Positions 22,050 to 33,897 of a stretch of 39,944 nucleotides of DNA are shown one piece after another. Numbering within the stretch: the stretch's first letter is position 1; every line of letters starts with the position of its first letter. The stretch spans positions 1 through 39,944 of the forward strand of contig NW_026868513.1 in NCBI RefSeq assembly GCF_020745735.1, written 5' to 3'. Source of the DNA: Hemiscyllium ocellatum. Its lineage: Eukaryota. The notes under the pieces were generated by a model. The model was not told the origin of the DNA. It ran no database searches and saw only the letters and a list, made by a program, of their open reading frames with translations. A program made the translations under genes and the position numbers.

Positions 22050-23900
22050 GCTCTGGTGATGGGATTACATCATCAGTTCAGAGGTGGCCATGTTAGGAAT
22101 GTGTGGCTCTGGGTGACCCATGCCTTAATGTAAGGTGATGAGATCTGATGTTGCACATCCAGGGTGATGACGTTGAGATTTTTGTTCTGTTTGTAGAAAT
22201 AGTGGCCTACGTGGATGAAAGTACAGTACAACACTCAAAATGAGGATGGTAGTGTGGTGGTAAGCCATTTCCAAAATGTTATGTTCAGATGTGTTATATC
22301 TAAATGATCCCTCTTTTTTGTTGCCACAATTCTGCAACTGGCAGGAAGGGCGATGAGGTCCATTTCAGGATGAGCGCAGTCTGGAGGCGACCAGGGCAGG
22401 GATATAGAGTTCTTTGCCATAAGCAGTGATGCTGGATCCATATCAGCACTCGAGGTTGCTGGAGTAAATTTCATGAAGGCAAGTCGACATGCTGCTCTCT
22501 GTAACTGACTCCCGTGATTTGTGTAACATGAATGACTTTAGTTGCAGATGTTGTCTATTTCAAATTGAGTTCAACAATTACCTTCAGCAAATCATGGAGG
22601 GGAGACTCAGCAATGGTAATTCATTGAATTTCAAAGGCCAGTTTTTAGATTCTGTCTTAATGGAGATGGTCATTTTCTGGCAGTCGAGTGGCGGATTTGT
22701 TACTTGCCAGTTGTCCGGCCAGGACTGGATGCTATCAATATTTTGTTACATTTGGACGTGGACTGATTCAGTGTCTGAGAAGTGGTCGGTGGAGCTGAAC
22801 TTTGCACAAACATCGCCAGTTATTCAGTATTGTGACATCAGGATGAGGGAAAGCCGAGACGACTGACTCCTGATCAGCTTCACGATCTTTCATTGTGCGA
22901 GCTAAGACTTCAATGAGCAGAGAGTTTTCACCTGATTTCCATTTGGTTTTATTTTTCTGGGACTCCTTAGAAAGGCTCATTGCTGACCTTCTCCCAAGAG
23001 CAGTTACTTTCACCTCCTCTGCGGTGTTTAATTCTTTCTGTGTTTGAAAGGAAGGCTGTAATACAGTCAGGGTCTCTGTGGCCCTGGCGGAACCTGAAGT
23101 GGGCGTCACTGAGCAGCTTATCAGTGAGCAAGCGCTACTTCATAGCACTGTTGATGATATCTTCCAACATTTTATTGGCGAAGGTTGGTGACACAGTTAT
23201 TTCAATTGAGTGACCTTCTAATACCTTTTGCGCGCATTGGCATACTGCAGATGCTTTCCCACATTTTGACGGAGATGTCAGTGTTGCAGTCGTATTGGAT
23301 TAGTTTGGCTCGGGTTGTGACAAGTTCTCGAACACAACTCTTCAATATGTTTGCCTGAATGGTATCAGGTCCCATAGTCTTTGTAGTACCTATTTTCTTG
23401 AAACGTTTCTTGACATCACGTCGAGCAATACTTGTGATTGGCATTTACGATGCTGTGAAATACTTGAGGAGGCTAAGGTGGTTCATCGACCTGTTCCAGG
23501 AGATTGTTATATGTTGCAAAGCCTTTTCTTTTTGATTGATTTGCTGTGTTTCGTATTCATTGGGTTTGGGATGTTTGTGCAGCTTCCACCTCCAATTACT
23601 TGTTTAATGTTAACCAATATTTATGACTGGATGTGTCAGGATTGCAAAGCTTTGATCCGGTGCTTTTGTTGTGGAGTTCTCTCTTCGAATTGATGTTTAT
23701 GCTGCCTGACATGCAGTTTATCCAGTTTTGTAGCTTTGTCATATTTTTATCCCATATTTAAGTATTCCTGGTGCTGCTCTTGGCATTTCTTCCTGCACAT
23801 TCTTTGTAATTGCGTTTGATTCCCTGGCTTGATAGGGTTGACAGAGTGGCGAATCTGCTGTGCCATACTTTGCAAATTGGTATGAATATAATTGATTGTT
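22050..23900 (-). mobile_element. Degenerate LINE (CR1/L2 clade) ORF2 remnant
   Basis: ORF 23202-23444 KKIGTTKTMGPDTIQANILKSCVRELVTTRAKLIQY matches the KA-GPD-I-A..LK pre-RT motif; many stops. Confidence 0.7.
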
Positions 23901-25099
23901 GCCGATGGCCACAACACCTCATGGATACCGTGCTTTCAGTTATTATACCTGTTCCAAATCTACCTCATTGAGCACGATTGTGGTGCCACACAACACGAAA
24001 GTTTCGATGCTCACTCAAAGATGTGACTTCATATTCTCAAGAACAGTCAGTGGTCTCTCGTATGGATACAATTATGGTTAGATGCATCTGCGACAGTCGG
24101 GTTGTTGAAGCTGAGGACAGTTTTGTCCCCTCTTTTTGGCACACTTCCTCCCCAAATGCTGCCAACCCAGTTAACCACCTTTTGTACTCGGCCAACCTGG
24201 ATAGTACTTGGACTGCCGAACCCTCATGATAATAGACATTTAAGTTACTTGCTCAAGGTACACCCAGTACTCTTGACCCAGTCACTGCTTTCTCCAAGTG
24301 CTAATTAACAGGGATTCTTGTTGACTAATCTTTCCCGGCTTGCATGACGTCACTGTTGTCGCAGCATCTGGTCTGACATTAAATTTTCACCTGTTTCAGA
24401 ATCAGTGAAATTAAATTGTTAATCTTGTTTAATCTCATTGCTTCTGATCAATCGTGAGGCATCGTCAACAGCAGTGGGACAGAGTGCTTTTCCAACATTT
24501 GTTTATGATATTTCAGCCTCGTCTACCCATGTGGCTGACCAAATTCTTTAGTCTGCTTGATAATGCTGAATAATGAAGGGTAGTTAGCGCACTGTAACAG
24601 GTGATTCCTTGTCTAGGAGGACACCCTAATGTCATTGATCCCTTACTATGTTTAACTAACGTCCCAGAAGAGAACAAAGACTATCGATATCTAAAGATGG
24701 AAATGCTCGAGAAACGCAAGAGATTTGTCATCTCCGTTGGAGAGAGAAACAGAGTTAATGTTTCCTGTCCGGCATGTGACTGTTCCGGGAAATCCAATCC
24801 ACAGACTTTTTCAGAATTTATCCAGCAATGTCTCATTTTATCTTAAATTGTCACCATGCTTAGGGGTCTGCGTTTATTTCCCCACCCCAAAACCAAATGA
24901 AATACTGTTGATCTTTGTTTTCAACGTTTTTCAATTGTCAGTAATGACCATTCAGTACTGCTGCTTTGGCAGAATGGTAATCATTTAATAATCGTATTGT
25001 TTTGGATGGAGCTCGAAATTGCTCACTGGTGGCATTGGAAGGCACTGTCAACAAAAAATAACCAGAATGCGTTTTTTTTACATCTCTGGCTGATACTTT

Positions 25100-25835
25100 T
25101 GCATCTTCTATAGTCACAGGTGAGGTCTGTTAGATTGGTGGTTGTGAACGTTGTGCCCTTTTTCAAGAAGGGCCCCCCAAAAAAACCTGGGAACAAGAGA
25201 CCAGTAAGCCGAACATCTGTGGTGGGTACGTTAGTTGAAAAGATTCTGAGGGTAAGATATGCATGCATTTATATGTCATGTTGTTGTTGTACAGGACATT
25301 GGTTTGGCCACTTTTGTAACATTGCGTGCAATTCTGGTCTCCTTCCTCGGGGGCAGACGCTGTGAAACTTGGCAGGGTTGAGAAAAGATTGACAAGGATG
25401 TTGCCAGGCTTGGAGAATTGTAGCTCTCGGGAGAGGCTGTGTAGGCTGCGGCTGTTTTCCCTGGAGCATCGTAGGCTGAGAGGTGACCATATATAGGTTT
25501 ATAACATCATGAGAGGCATGAATAGGATAAATAGACAAAGTTTCTTCACTGGGGTGGGGCGTCGAGGACTAGAGGACACTGGTTTAGGGTGAGAGGGGAA
25601 AAATATAGAAGAGAACTAAGGGACAACTTTTTCACAGAGAGGGTGGCACATGTATGGAATGAGCCATCAGTGGAAGTGGTGGAAGCTCGTACAATTGCAA
25701 CATTTAAAAGGCATCTGCATGGTATATGAATAGGAAGGTTTTGGAGGGATAGAGGCAGGGTGCTAGCAGGTGGGAGTAGATTTGGTTGGGATATCTGGTC
25801 GGCGTGGGCTAGTTGTTTCCATGCTGTACATCTCA
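25100..25835 (+). mobile_element. CR1 LINE fragments (RT start plus 3' end, internally deleted)
   Basis: VVNVVPFFKKG..PGNKRPVSRTSVVGTLVEKILR resembles ANVVPLFKKG..PGNYRPVSLTSVVGK; followed by CR1 3' sequence. Confidence 0.85.
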
Positions 25836-25849
25836 ATGATTCTGTGACG

Positions 25850-27010
25850 GGTTTGATTAGGGATAATCGACATATCTTTGTGCGTTGGAGATCCTGCCTC
25901 GGAAATATAGAGTTTTTTTCACGAAGTGGCCAGCAAGCGACTTGGGCAGGGTGGTAAACATAGTCTGTATGGTTTTCTGTAAGGTTTTTGATGAGGTTTC
26001 ACGTGGTAATTTGCTCTAGAAGATCACATGGCATGGAATCCAGGGGGAGCAGGCAAATTGGATACACAGTTGGCTCGATTGTAGGAAGCTGAGGCGAATA
26101 GTGGAAGGATGTTTGTCGGACGGAGGCCTGTGACGAGTGAGGTGCCTCAGGGTTCGCTGCTGTATCTATTGCTGTTTGTTTTTGATATCAACGATTTGGA
26201 CTGGAATGTACAGACATGATTAGTAACTTTGTGGATGACACTAACATAGGCAGTATCGTGCACAGTGAGGAAGGTTATTAGAAATTTTAGCAGTACCTTG
26301 ATCAGCTGGGATATTGGGCCAAGAAATGGCGAATGCAGTTCAGTGTAGAAAAGTGTGAGGTCTTGCATTTTGGGAAGTCAAATCAAGGTAAGAGTTTCAT
26401 GTCGAATGGTAAGTCCTTAAGGATTGTACTGCAACAGAAGGTCCTTGGAGATCAGGGGCATGGTTCTCTCCAAGTAGACAGGTAGACAGGGCAGTGAAGA
26501 AGGCTTTTGGCACACTGGCCTTCATTAGTCAGTGCATTGAGTATAAAAGTTGTGAAATTATGTTGCAGTTATACAGGGCGTTGCTGAGGTTGACGTGGCG
26601 TATTGTGTTCCAATTTTGCTCACGGTGTTATAGGGAGGATGTTATTAAACTAGAAAGAATGCAGAAGAAATTTGCAAGGAAGTTTCCAGGACTCAACTAA
26701 CTGAATTGTAGGGAGAGGTTGGCCAATCTCGGACTTTTTACTTTATAACAAAGGAGACGGAGGGGTTTTTTGAAATGTACAAAATCAAAAGGAGCATGGA
26801 TAGGGTGAATAAGCTCAGTCCGTTCCACCGGGTTGGCGAATTGCAGAGTAGAGGGTATCACTTAACGCTTAGAGGGGAAAGAATAAAAGTGAACCTGAGG
26901 GCAACTTTTTTACAGAGTGTGGTACTCATATGGAATGAAGTGACAGCAGAAGTGGTTGAGGCAGGTACAGTAATTACATTTAAGGGACATTTGGACAAAT
27001 ACATGGTTAG
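25850..27010 (+). mobile_element. CR1 LINE RT/3' fragment
   Basis: MKKAFGTLAFISQCIEYKSCEIMLQLYRALLR..YREDVIKLERMQKKF; gtggatgacactaa (FADDTK) region at ~26250. Confidence 0.85.
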
Positions 27011-27029
27011 GCAAACTATAACAAATTAA

Positions 27030-29900
27030 AATTCCAACATATTAAATAAGCAAAGAATCGGATTGCATTAAATTTTTAGACATAAATAATTGTAAATAAT
27101 TTAATAGATTTTATATATTTCTGCACTGCCGCAGTAAGACTACACTCAGTGTATTGCGCTCAATTTTGATTTCTTTACTTCCGAAATTGTTGGTTTGTAG
27201 ACTGTGCACATCATGCTCTTTAGATTCATTCGCGATATCAGAATACTATTCCATTGAGCAAGATTTAATTCATAAATCTATATTCCCTGGCATTTAGTAT
27301 AATCCAAGGTGAAATTATTGAAGGTGTAAACAAGAATGGCTTCATCAGCTTAATTCATGTTTCAAGCTTTTGCTCTTGGATCAGATCGGAACTTGTTCTC
27401 CAAAAGACCTGCTCATTCTGGACCCGGATGAGCAGCTGTTCCTTCTCCCCTCAGTGTTGTAAGGTCTACAGAAGCTTCTACGTTAGATGAATATGATTTT
27501 CTCAGCTTAGAGGACACTTCTAAATGGCAACATGGACCATCCTGCCAGTTTTTTTTTCTTGTTTGAAAAGCATCTGACACATCTAATTATTGTGAAAATT
27601 CCCCAGAAATTCAACTATTCAGGACAGATAAGGATACATTTTTGGTTTGACTATGGGAATCAAGGAATGTGCAGGAAATGTAGAACGATGGAATGGAGGT
27701 GATTATCAGCAAACATCCGAACAAATAGCGTAGTCCCATTCTTATTCCTGTTGATATATTGTATTAAATGTAAACAAAACATTAATGGACTGGGCACGCA
27801 GTAGTGATTTGCATATATGGGCAATAGTGAAGTTAAACAAAAGAGAGAGTTTAACAAAAATAATAGATACCTTCAGGCGAAAGCAGAACACCTAGATAAT
27901 ATATAGGATGTCTAATTTGTCATCACAAGGAATGGATCGACGTGAGGATGGATTTAAGGTAAATCCAGACCAGTTCACGAGGTATCTCTTAATAAACACT
28001 ATTGCATTGTCGTTTGTGACGTAAAGAGAGTTGGGAAGATGATGGTGTGGAGCATACTAAATGGCTCAGTCCTGTTGAGTTCCCGTGCTTTAAAGAATAA
28101 GATCATCTGCTTAGCAATGCTATGCGACATGACTGACCAAGTAAATCGTCTGATCAAATAAAATCTAACTGGACAACGGTCTTCGATATTCTGCATTCCC
28201 ATTTAAAATGTATGCCAGTAATGCATTTATTCCATTGCTTTTGCAGGAATCTAGAGATTGAAGACTAAACTAACGTTCAATTGCCAGAGGCGAGCAACGG
28301 TTACATCGCCTGCACCTTCCACCAACTCCATCAATCACAATATAGTTCACAAAGAACCCTGCACCTGCACAGATATTAGTAGAAGGTTATTGCATTGTGA
28401 TTTGTGACGCAGGGTGGGAGGATGTTTGTGTAGAACATAAACTGTGGCTGAGGCCTGTTCAGTTCCAGTGCTGTAAACATCAAGGTAAACCGCTAAGTAA
28501 TGCGATACGACATGACAAGTGAATAACACGTGACTGGACAGCGGTCTTCACCGCTTTTCCTTCCCATTTCAAAACCGTGACAGAAATGCATTGATTCTCG
28601 TGCTTTTGCAGGATTCGTGAGATTTGCACAAAATAAAACAAAAAAAAAACTTTATTTATCAGAATCTAGTTTTTGTTACAACTCCCACTCCTTCTTCCAC
28701 TTCCATTCAATGACGGTGTAGTTCATGAGCAACTTAACGCATAAAGTTACCCTTTGTATTCAACTAATACAACTTCCCTGTGTAACTGTAATATCACTGA
28801 ACATTGTTGGAGTTCATGGAATCCAGGGGTTCCCGCTTCCCTTGCACATCTCGACCCCTGCATACTCCGCCGGTTCGTTTCTTTGTTTTCGTCTTGACAT
28901 TTTCTCGAAGGTGGTGAGATTCAAAGACGCATTCATCAGTTCACCAACTGTGCGGTGCTTAGCCTGCGTGAGAACGAATGAATTATGAGGACGTCTTCTG
29001 ACTCTGTTTAATAAAATCATTCAGGTTGTCCGTGTACATTACTGAGATCGGATTTATATTAGAGTGATCCCGGTTGGAATTGTTAATTTTCAACACAGTA
29101 CCTGCGCATCGACAACTCTTCCTTCATTAACGGTCTCCCGGTTTTTCTTGGGTCGCTGAAGTTGAGAACTTCATAAATCGGACTCACTGTTTCTCTGACG
29201 CGTTTGATCTGAGGAGAAGTTTGCGGAAACTTTCGCCACGTGTGAATTTAGAAAGAAAGGTACTGTAAACGCAATAGTATTACATGTTGGGGGTGATCAG
29301 TTGCTGCATATCAGGGCTGTGCGATCACCGCTGCCAAGCCCAGCAGCTCTTATTCCGACCCGTTCAGAGAAATAATCAATCAAATTCCTCACTCAAAGTA
29401 TGTCCTGCACCCTTGTCCTCAAAGTCATCCTTTATAAACGGGGGTCCAGCAAATCAGTGAAAACAAAACACTGATTTTTGCAAAGAGGTTTCAGCCAGAA
29501 CAGCCAAGTGTATGATCCATCTTGATTTCCTCCTGTGCTCCACAGTATTACAAATGCCCGTCTTCAGGCAATCCAATACACTTCATTTGCAATCATTAAA
29601 CAGTCGGAGAGACTGGAGATTACAAATGCACTGTGACAGCAGACTTCTGCTCCAGAATTTGCCGCAACGCTAGCCAAGCTGTTCTGTATAACCAGAACCC
29701 AGGCATCTGTGCAAAACTGCAGAAAAGAATCGGGGTGTGTCCACATATGCGAATTGTATGATAAAGCAAATACTGTCCCATCAATCTACGACCTGTTATC
29801 TGCTTTTTCCACTCAGCACCTGATTTCATTCCAGACTTTACAGGACTCTTTGCAATTCTCCAGGAGCTTCTGGTTTTATTGTAGATTTCCGTCATTTGCA
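27030..29900 (-). pseudogene. Diverged duplicate of the 3' part of gene 2 (tail exons and 3' flank), lacking V/C1/TM
   Basis: Exon 29208-29102 (107 nt vs 111 nt; IKRVRETVSPIYEVLNF..) and exon 28963-28814 (AKHRTVGELMNASL..AEYAGV..WIP*); flanks align by eye to 31.9-35.3 kb. Confidence 0.75.
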
Positions 29901-30324
29901 GCACTCTGGTTTGTTTTAATCAGACGTTTGGGAAAAGCATAATATGATTAGGCAGAGTCAAAGGGGACTATTAGGTGAAAAATTACAGTGGGTAGTACCA
30001 TGACATTTCTTGACGATACAATTGTTAGGACAGATGAGAGCGAAGTACTGGTTACAGTTAGAGAACAAAGAATGCGCTCAGGTTTGACAGGAAAGGTTAT
30101 TAGAAATAATCTGACTCATGAGATTTGAGATAATATATTATCATAGATTGAACATTAGCGATCAGGTAGAAATTGGAAAAGTCAACGATTTTTATTTTGT
30201 GGGATGGGAAGGTAAAGCATTTTCCAGTGCAGGGTCACAAGGATTTGTGCTTGATACTTAGCAATCTACAATCTGTATCAGTGACCGATATGAAGTTAGG
30301 CGAATGTAATTAGTTCAGATGCCC

Positions 30325-30636
30325 TACAGTATGGAAACAGGCCCTTCAGCCCAACAAGTCCACACACACCCTCCGAGTGTAACTCACCCAAACCTACTCC
30401 CGTACCCCATTTTTAAACCTGACTAATGCACCTAACATTATGGGCAATTTAGCATGGCCAATTCACCTGACCCGCACATCTTTGGATTGTGGGAGGAAAC
30501 CAGACCACCCGGAGGAAACCCATGCAGACACGGGGAGAATGTGCAAACTCCACACAGACAGTTGTCGGGGCAGGAATCGAACGCAGGATCATAACACAGT
30601 GAGGCAGCAGTGCCAACCACAGAGCCTCCATGCACC
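30325..30636 (-). mobile_element. HE1-type tRNA-derived SINE
   Basis: Reverse complement of the shark SINE body: gggaggaaacc..ggaggaaacccatgcagacacggggagaatgtgcaaactccacacagacag..gaatcgaac. Confidence 0.85.
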
Positions 30637-30679
30637 ATGAAAAGCTGCAAACATTGCCCAATAAACACTCAAATTATGT

Positions 30680-30960
30680 AATGTAGAATCCCTAGAGTGT
30701 AGGAAGAGGATATTCGGCCCAACAAACCCAGACTCATTCCCCAGACTAGTTTACTTAACTTGCACGCTAAGCACACTTTGACATGACCATCTAACATGTC
30801 TGTCTATGAATTTTTGGGGGAAAACCGAATGACCGGAAGAAAGTCGCGCATAGAATTGGAAACTCCACAAAGTCACCCGAAACAGGTGTCGAAGGCGGGT
30901 CGCTGACATCGTGAAATAGCAGCGCTAACCACTGAACCACTGTGCTGCCCAGCGGCGCTG
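30680..30960 (-). mobile_element. Degenerate HE1-type SINE
   Basis: aaaccgaatgaccggaagaaagtc..aaactccaca..agcagcgctaaccactgaaccactgtgctgccc. Confidence 0.7.
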
Positions 30961-30984
30961 CCTTTTGGGAAGGCAAATCAGAGC

Positions 30985-31640
30985 AGGAATTTTACACTTA
31001 TTGGTAAGGTTCTGGGAAGTGTGACTGAACAAAGAGACCTTGGAGTGCAGTCGCAGGCAGACAGGATAGGGAAGAGGACGTTTGATACACTTGTCTTTAT
31101 TGGTCAATGCATTGCACGTAAGAGTTGGGTGGTCATGTTGCGGCTGGAGACATGTCGTTGGTTTGGATGTTGTGAAACTTGAAAGGGGTAAGAAAACAAT
31201 GACATGAATATTGCCAGTGTTGGAAGTTTTGAGCGAGAGAGAGAGAGGTTGAACAGGCTGGAGCTATTTTCATTGAGGCGTCGGAAGCTGATGGGTGACC
31301 TCATAGAGGTTTATAAAACCATGAGGGTCATGGAGAGTGTAAATAGACAAGGTCTTTTCCCCAGAGTGGGGGAGTCTAAAACTAGAGGGCGTAGCATTAT
31401 GGCGAGAAAGGAAATATTTTAAAAGGACCTAAGGGGGAACCTTTTCACGCAGAGAGTGGTGCGTGTATGGAATGTGCTTCCAGAGGAAGTGGCGGAGATT
31501 GGTACAATTACAACATTTAAAAGGCACTTGGGTGGGTTAATGGGTCGGTAGGGTTTAAAGTGATATGGGTAAAATCCTGGCTGATGGGACTTCATTAATG
31601 TAGAATCCCTGTACGGCTTGGACAAATTGGAACGTTTCCG
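30985..31640 (+). mobile_element. CR1 LINE 3' fragment
   Basis: ERLNRLELFSLRRRKLMGDLIEVYKTMR..GLFPRVGESKTRG. Confidence 0.85.
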
Positions 31641-32194
31641 TGATGTACTTAATGACTCTGAGTGACTCTAAGCTCTATATTATAACTTTGTGACTCTGAG
31701 CGATTATTCGTTTTCAATCAGTGTTTTCAGTCAAGACTGTCTCTTGATCGAGGAACCACGCAAGAGCTAGAGCACAATTTGTGAAGTGTGAAGTTATATC
31801 CTTTGAAGTGATTAAAGTGAGTAACGAAAATGTATATAATGCCGAAGGCCTGTGGAAATTTGTTTCACGTTCGTTTAGGAGACTTAAGGAGGAACCAGAA
31901 CAAATAATCATTCCAATACAGTAAGCAATCAGGGAATCTGATCACGTGTCAGTTCTGATTAGACACGAATTATAATATACAACTTAAAGAGATTTTACAC
32001 AATTGTGCAGTACTTCAATAAGATGGCATTCATTGTATTGGTTTCAATTTTGATTTCTTTACGGAAGAAAGCATACCCTTGTTTTGAAAACCAGACACCA
32101 AATGGTTTTTTTAGATTCACGCAAGGTTTCAGAGAATTCTTCTGTGCAGCAAGGTTTAATTCATCACATTAACTAACTTTAGCCAGAGTAAAAA

Positions 32195-32292
32195 CCCTTC
32201 CTGATGAAGGGCTTATGCTCGAAACGTCGAATTCTCTATTCCTGAGATGCTGCCTGGCCTGCTGTGCTTTGACCAGCAACACATTTTCAGCT
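32195..32292 (+). mobile_element. Short Penelope-derived element with intact minimal hammerhead core (32201-32228)
   Basis: ttcCTGATGAagggcttatgctcGAAACGTCgaa..gagatgctgcctggcctgctgtgc. Confidence 0.8.
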
Positions 32293-33271
32293 TAACTTTA
32301 ACCAGACGCCATCTCATCGGAAGATGTAAAAAAAAATCAAATCATAATCTTGGTGGAGTTAATGTAGGAAATCATTGCTAGAAGCTATGGCCAAAATCAC
32401 TTCTTCTCAAAAAGGGACTGATCAGATGAGGAGAAGTTCCTTCCTTCAAGGTGTTGTGGATCTTTCGACTCCTCAACCTAACAGGAATATGTCTAGTTCA
32501 GCAGGGAATTGCTCCTATATTGCTATATCGACCATCCTGCGAAGTATCTTTGTTTGTTTATAAGTTATCTAAGACATCTGGCTATCGTCAAAAGTGAAAG
32601 AAACGTTATTTTGTCTATTCCAGACAGACATGCATTCTTTTATGGACATTCAGGTGATCATGACTTGTACGGAGAGAGTCTGAGGCAATTATGGTCAAAG
32701 AACCTACTCTGTTCTTAGTCCTTATAACAAATGTCATTACGTTTGTACAATATATTAACTAAGTTGGCTGAAAGGAGATATTTACATTTATGGGCGATGC
32801 GGGAAATAGAAGTTGGAAACAAAAAATGCATCTAATTAGAAAAAAGGTTTGGAGAAAATAAAACACCCGGGAAAGGTTTAGAACGTGTTATTCACCATCA
32901 CAAAGAATGAATGGACTTGAGAATGGATTTAGGAGGAACCTGGACAAATTCATGAGGGAGACATTAATAGAAGGCTATTGCATTCGGTTTTGTGAAGTAG
33001 GGCAGGATGGTGGAAATTCGTCCAGAACATCAAGTGCGGCCTCGACCTGTTCAGTTTCTGTGTAGACATTAATATAGATTGCTCAGCAATACTATCTCAT
33101 TATTAAATAGTCTGATGCACAATATTTTGATGTGAAGATGCCGATGTTGGGCAGAGATAGACAAAACTGAAAATCACACGACACTAGATTTGAATCCAAC
33201 AAGGACTATCATTTTGGACTATAATCTTGAGTCCTATGATTTTCAATTTTGACTACAATTTGACTAAACGA

Positions 33272-33525
33272 AGGGGACCACTGCGGGCTCACAACGCCAG
33301 GAACCAGGGCTGGATTTCACCCTCAGTTGTTATCTGTGTGGAGTAGCACATTCTCCCCGCGTCTGCGTGGGTTTCCGCCCCGTCCTCCGGTTTCCTCCTG
33401 TGCAGGCTCGGTGGATTGGCAATGGGAAAAGCAGGTTTATAAGGATTGGGTGGGATGAATTTCGGTGGATCAGCGTGGACTCTATGGGCCCAATGGCCTG
33501 CTTTCACACTGTAGGGATTCAATGA
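33272..33525 (+). mobile_element. HE1-type SINE
   Basis: tctgtgtggagtagcacattctccccgcgtctgcgtgggtttcc..tggcctgctttcacactgtagggattc. Confidence 0.8.
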
Positions 33526-33563
33526 TTTTCGTCATTCCCATTTAACACAATGACAATAATGGA

Positions 33564-33569
33564 TTTATT
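33564..33569 (-). promoter_or_regulatory. Candidate polyadenylation signal of gene 2
   Basis: AATAAA on the minus strand ~180 nt after the TGA at 33751. Confidence 0.4.
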
Positions 33570-33750
33570 CCATTGCTTTTACAGGAATCGAAGGATTTGA
33601 AGGATAAACAGAGGTTCAGCAATTAGAATACACCATCGATTAAGGTATCGTTCACAATCAACCCATCACATCTGGCTTGTTGTCTTTTTCAAATAAACAA
33701 AACAAAAGCAACTTTTCTGTAACTGTACTATCACTGAATATTGTTGGAGT

Positions 33751-33897
33751 TCATGGAATCCAGGCGTTTCCGCTTCCCTTTTTTATTTTGACCTCTGCAT
33801 ACTCCGCCTCCTTTTTATTTGGTTTTCTTGCCGTTTTCTCGGAAGCGGAAAGATTCAAAGACGCGTAGGTCAGTTCGCCAGCTGTCCGGTGCTTTGT
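33751..33897 (-). CDS. Gene 2 terminal exon with ITIM (LTYASL) and AEYAEV
   Basis: ttttattacag|ACAAAG; TKHRTAGELTYASLNLSASEKTARKPNKKEAEYAEVKIKKGSGNAWIP*. Confidence 0.85.
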   Translation of the reverse strand, partial: TKHRTAGELTYASLNLSASEKTARKPNKKEAEYAEVKIKKGSGNAWIP

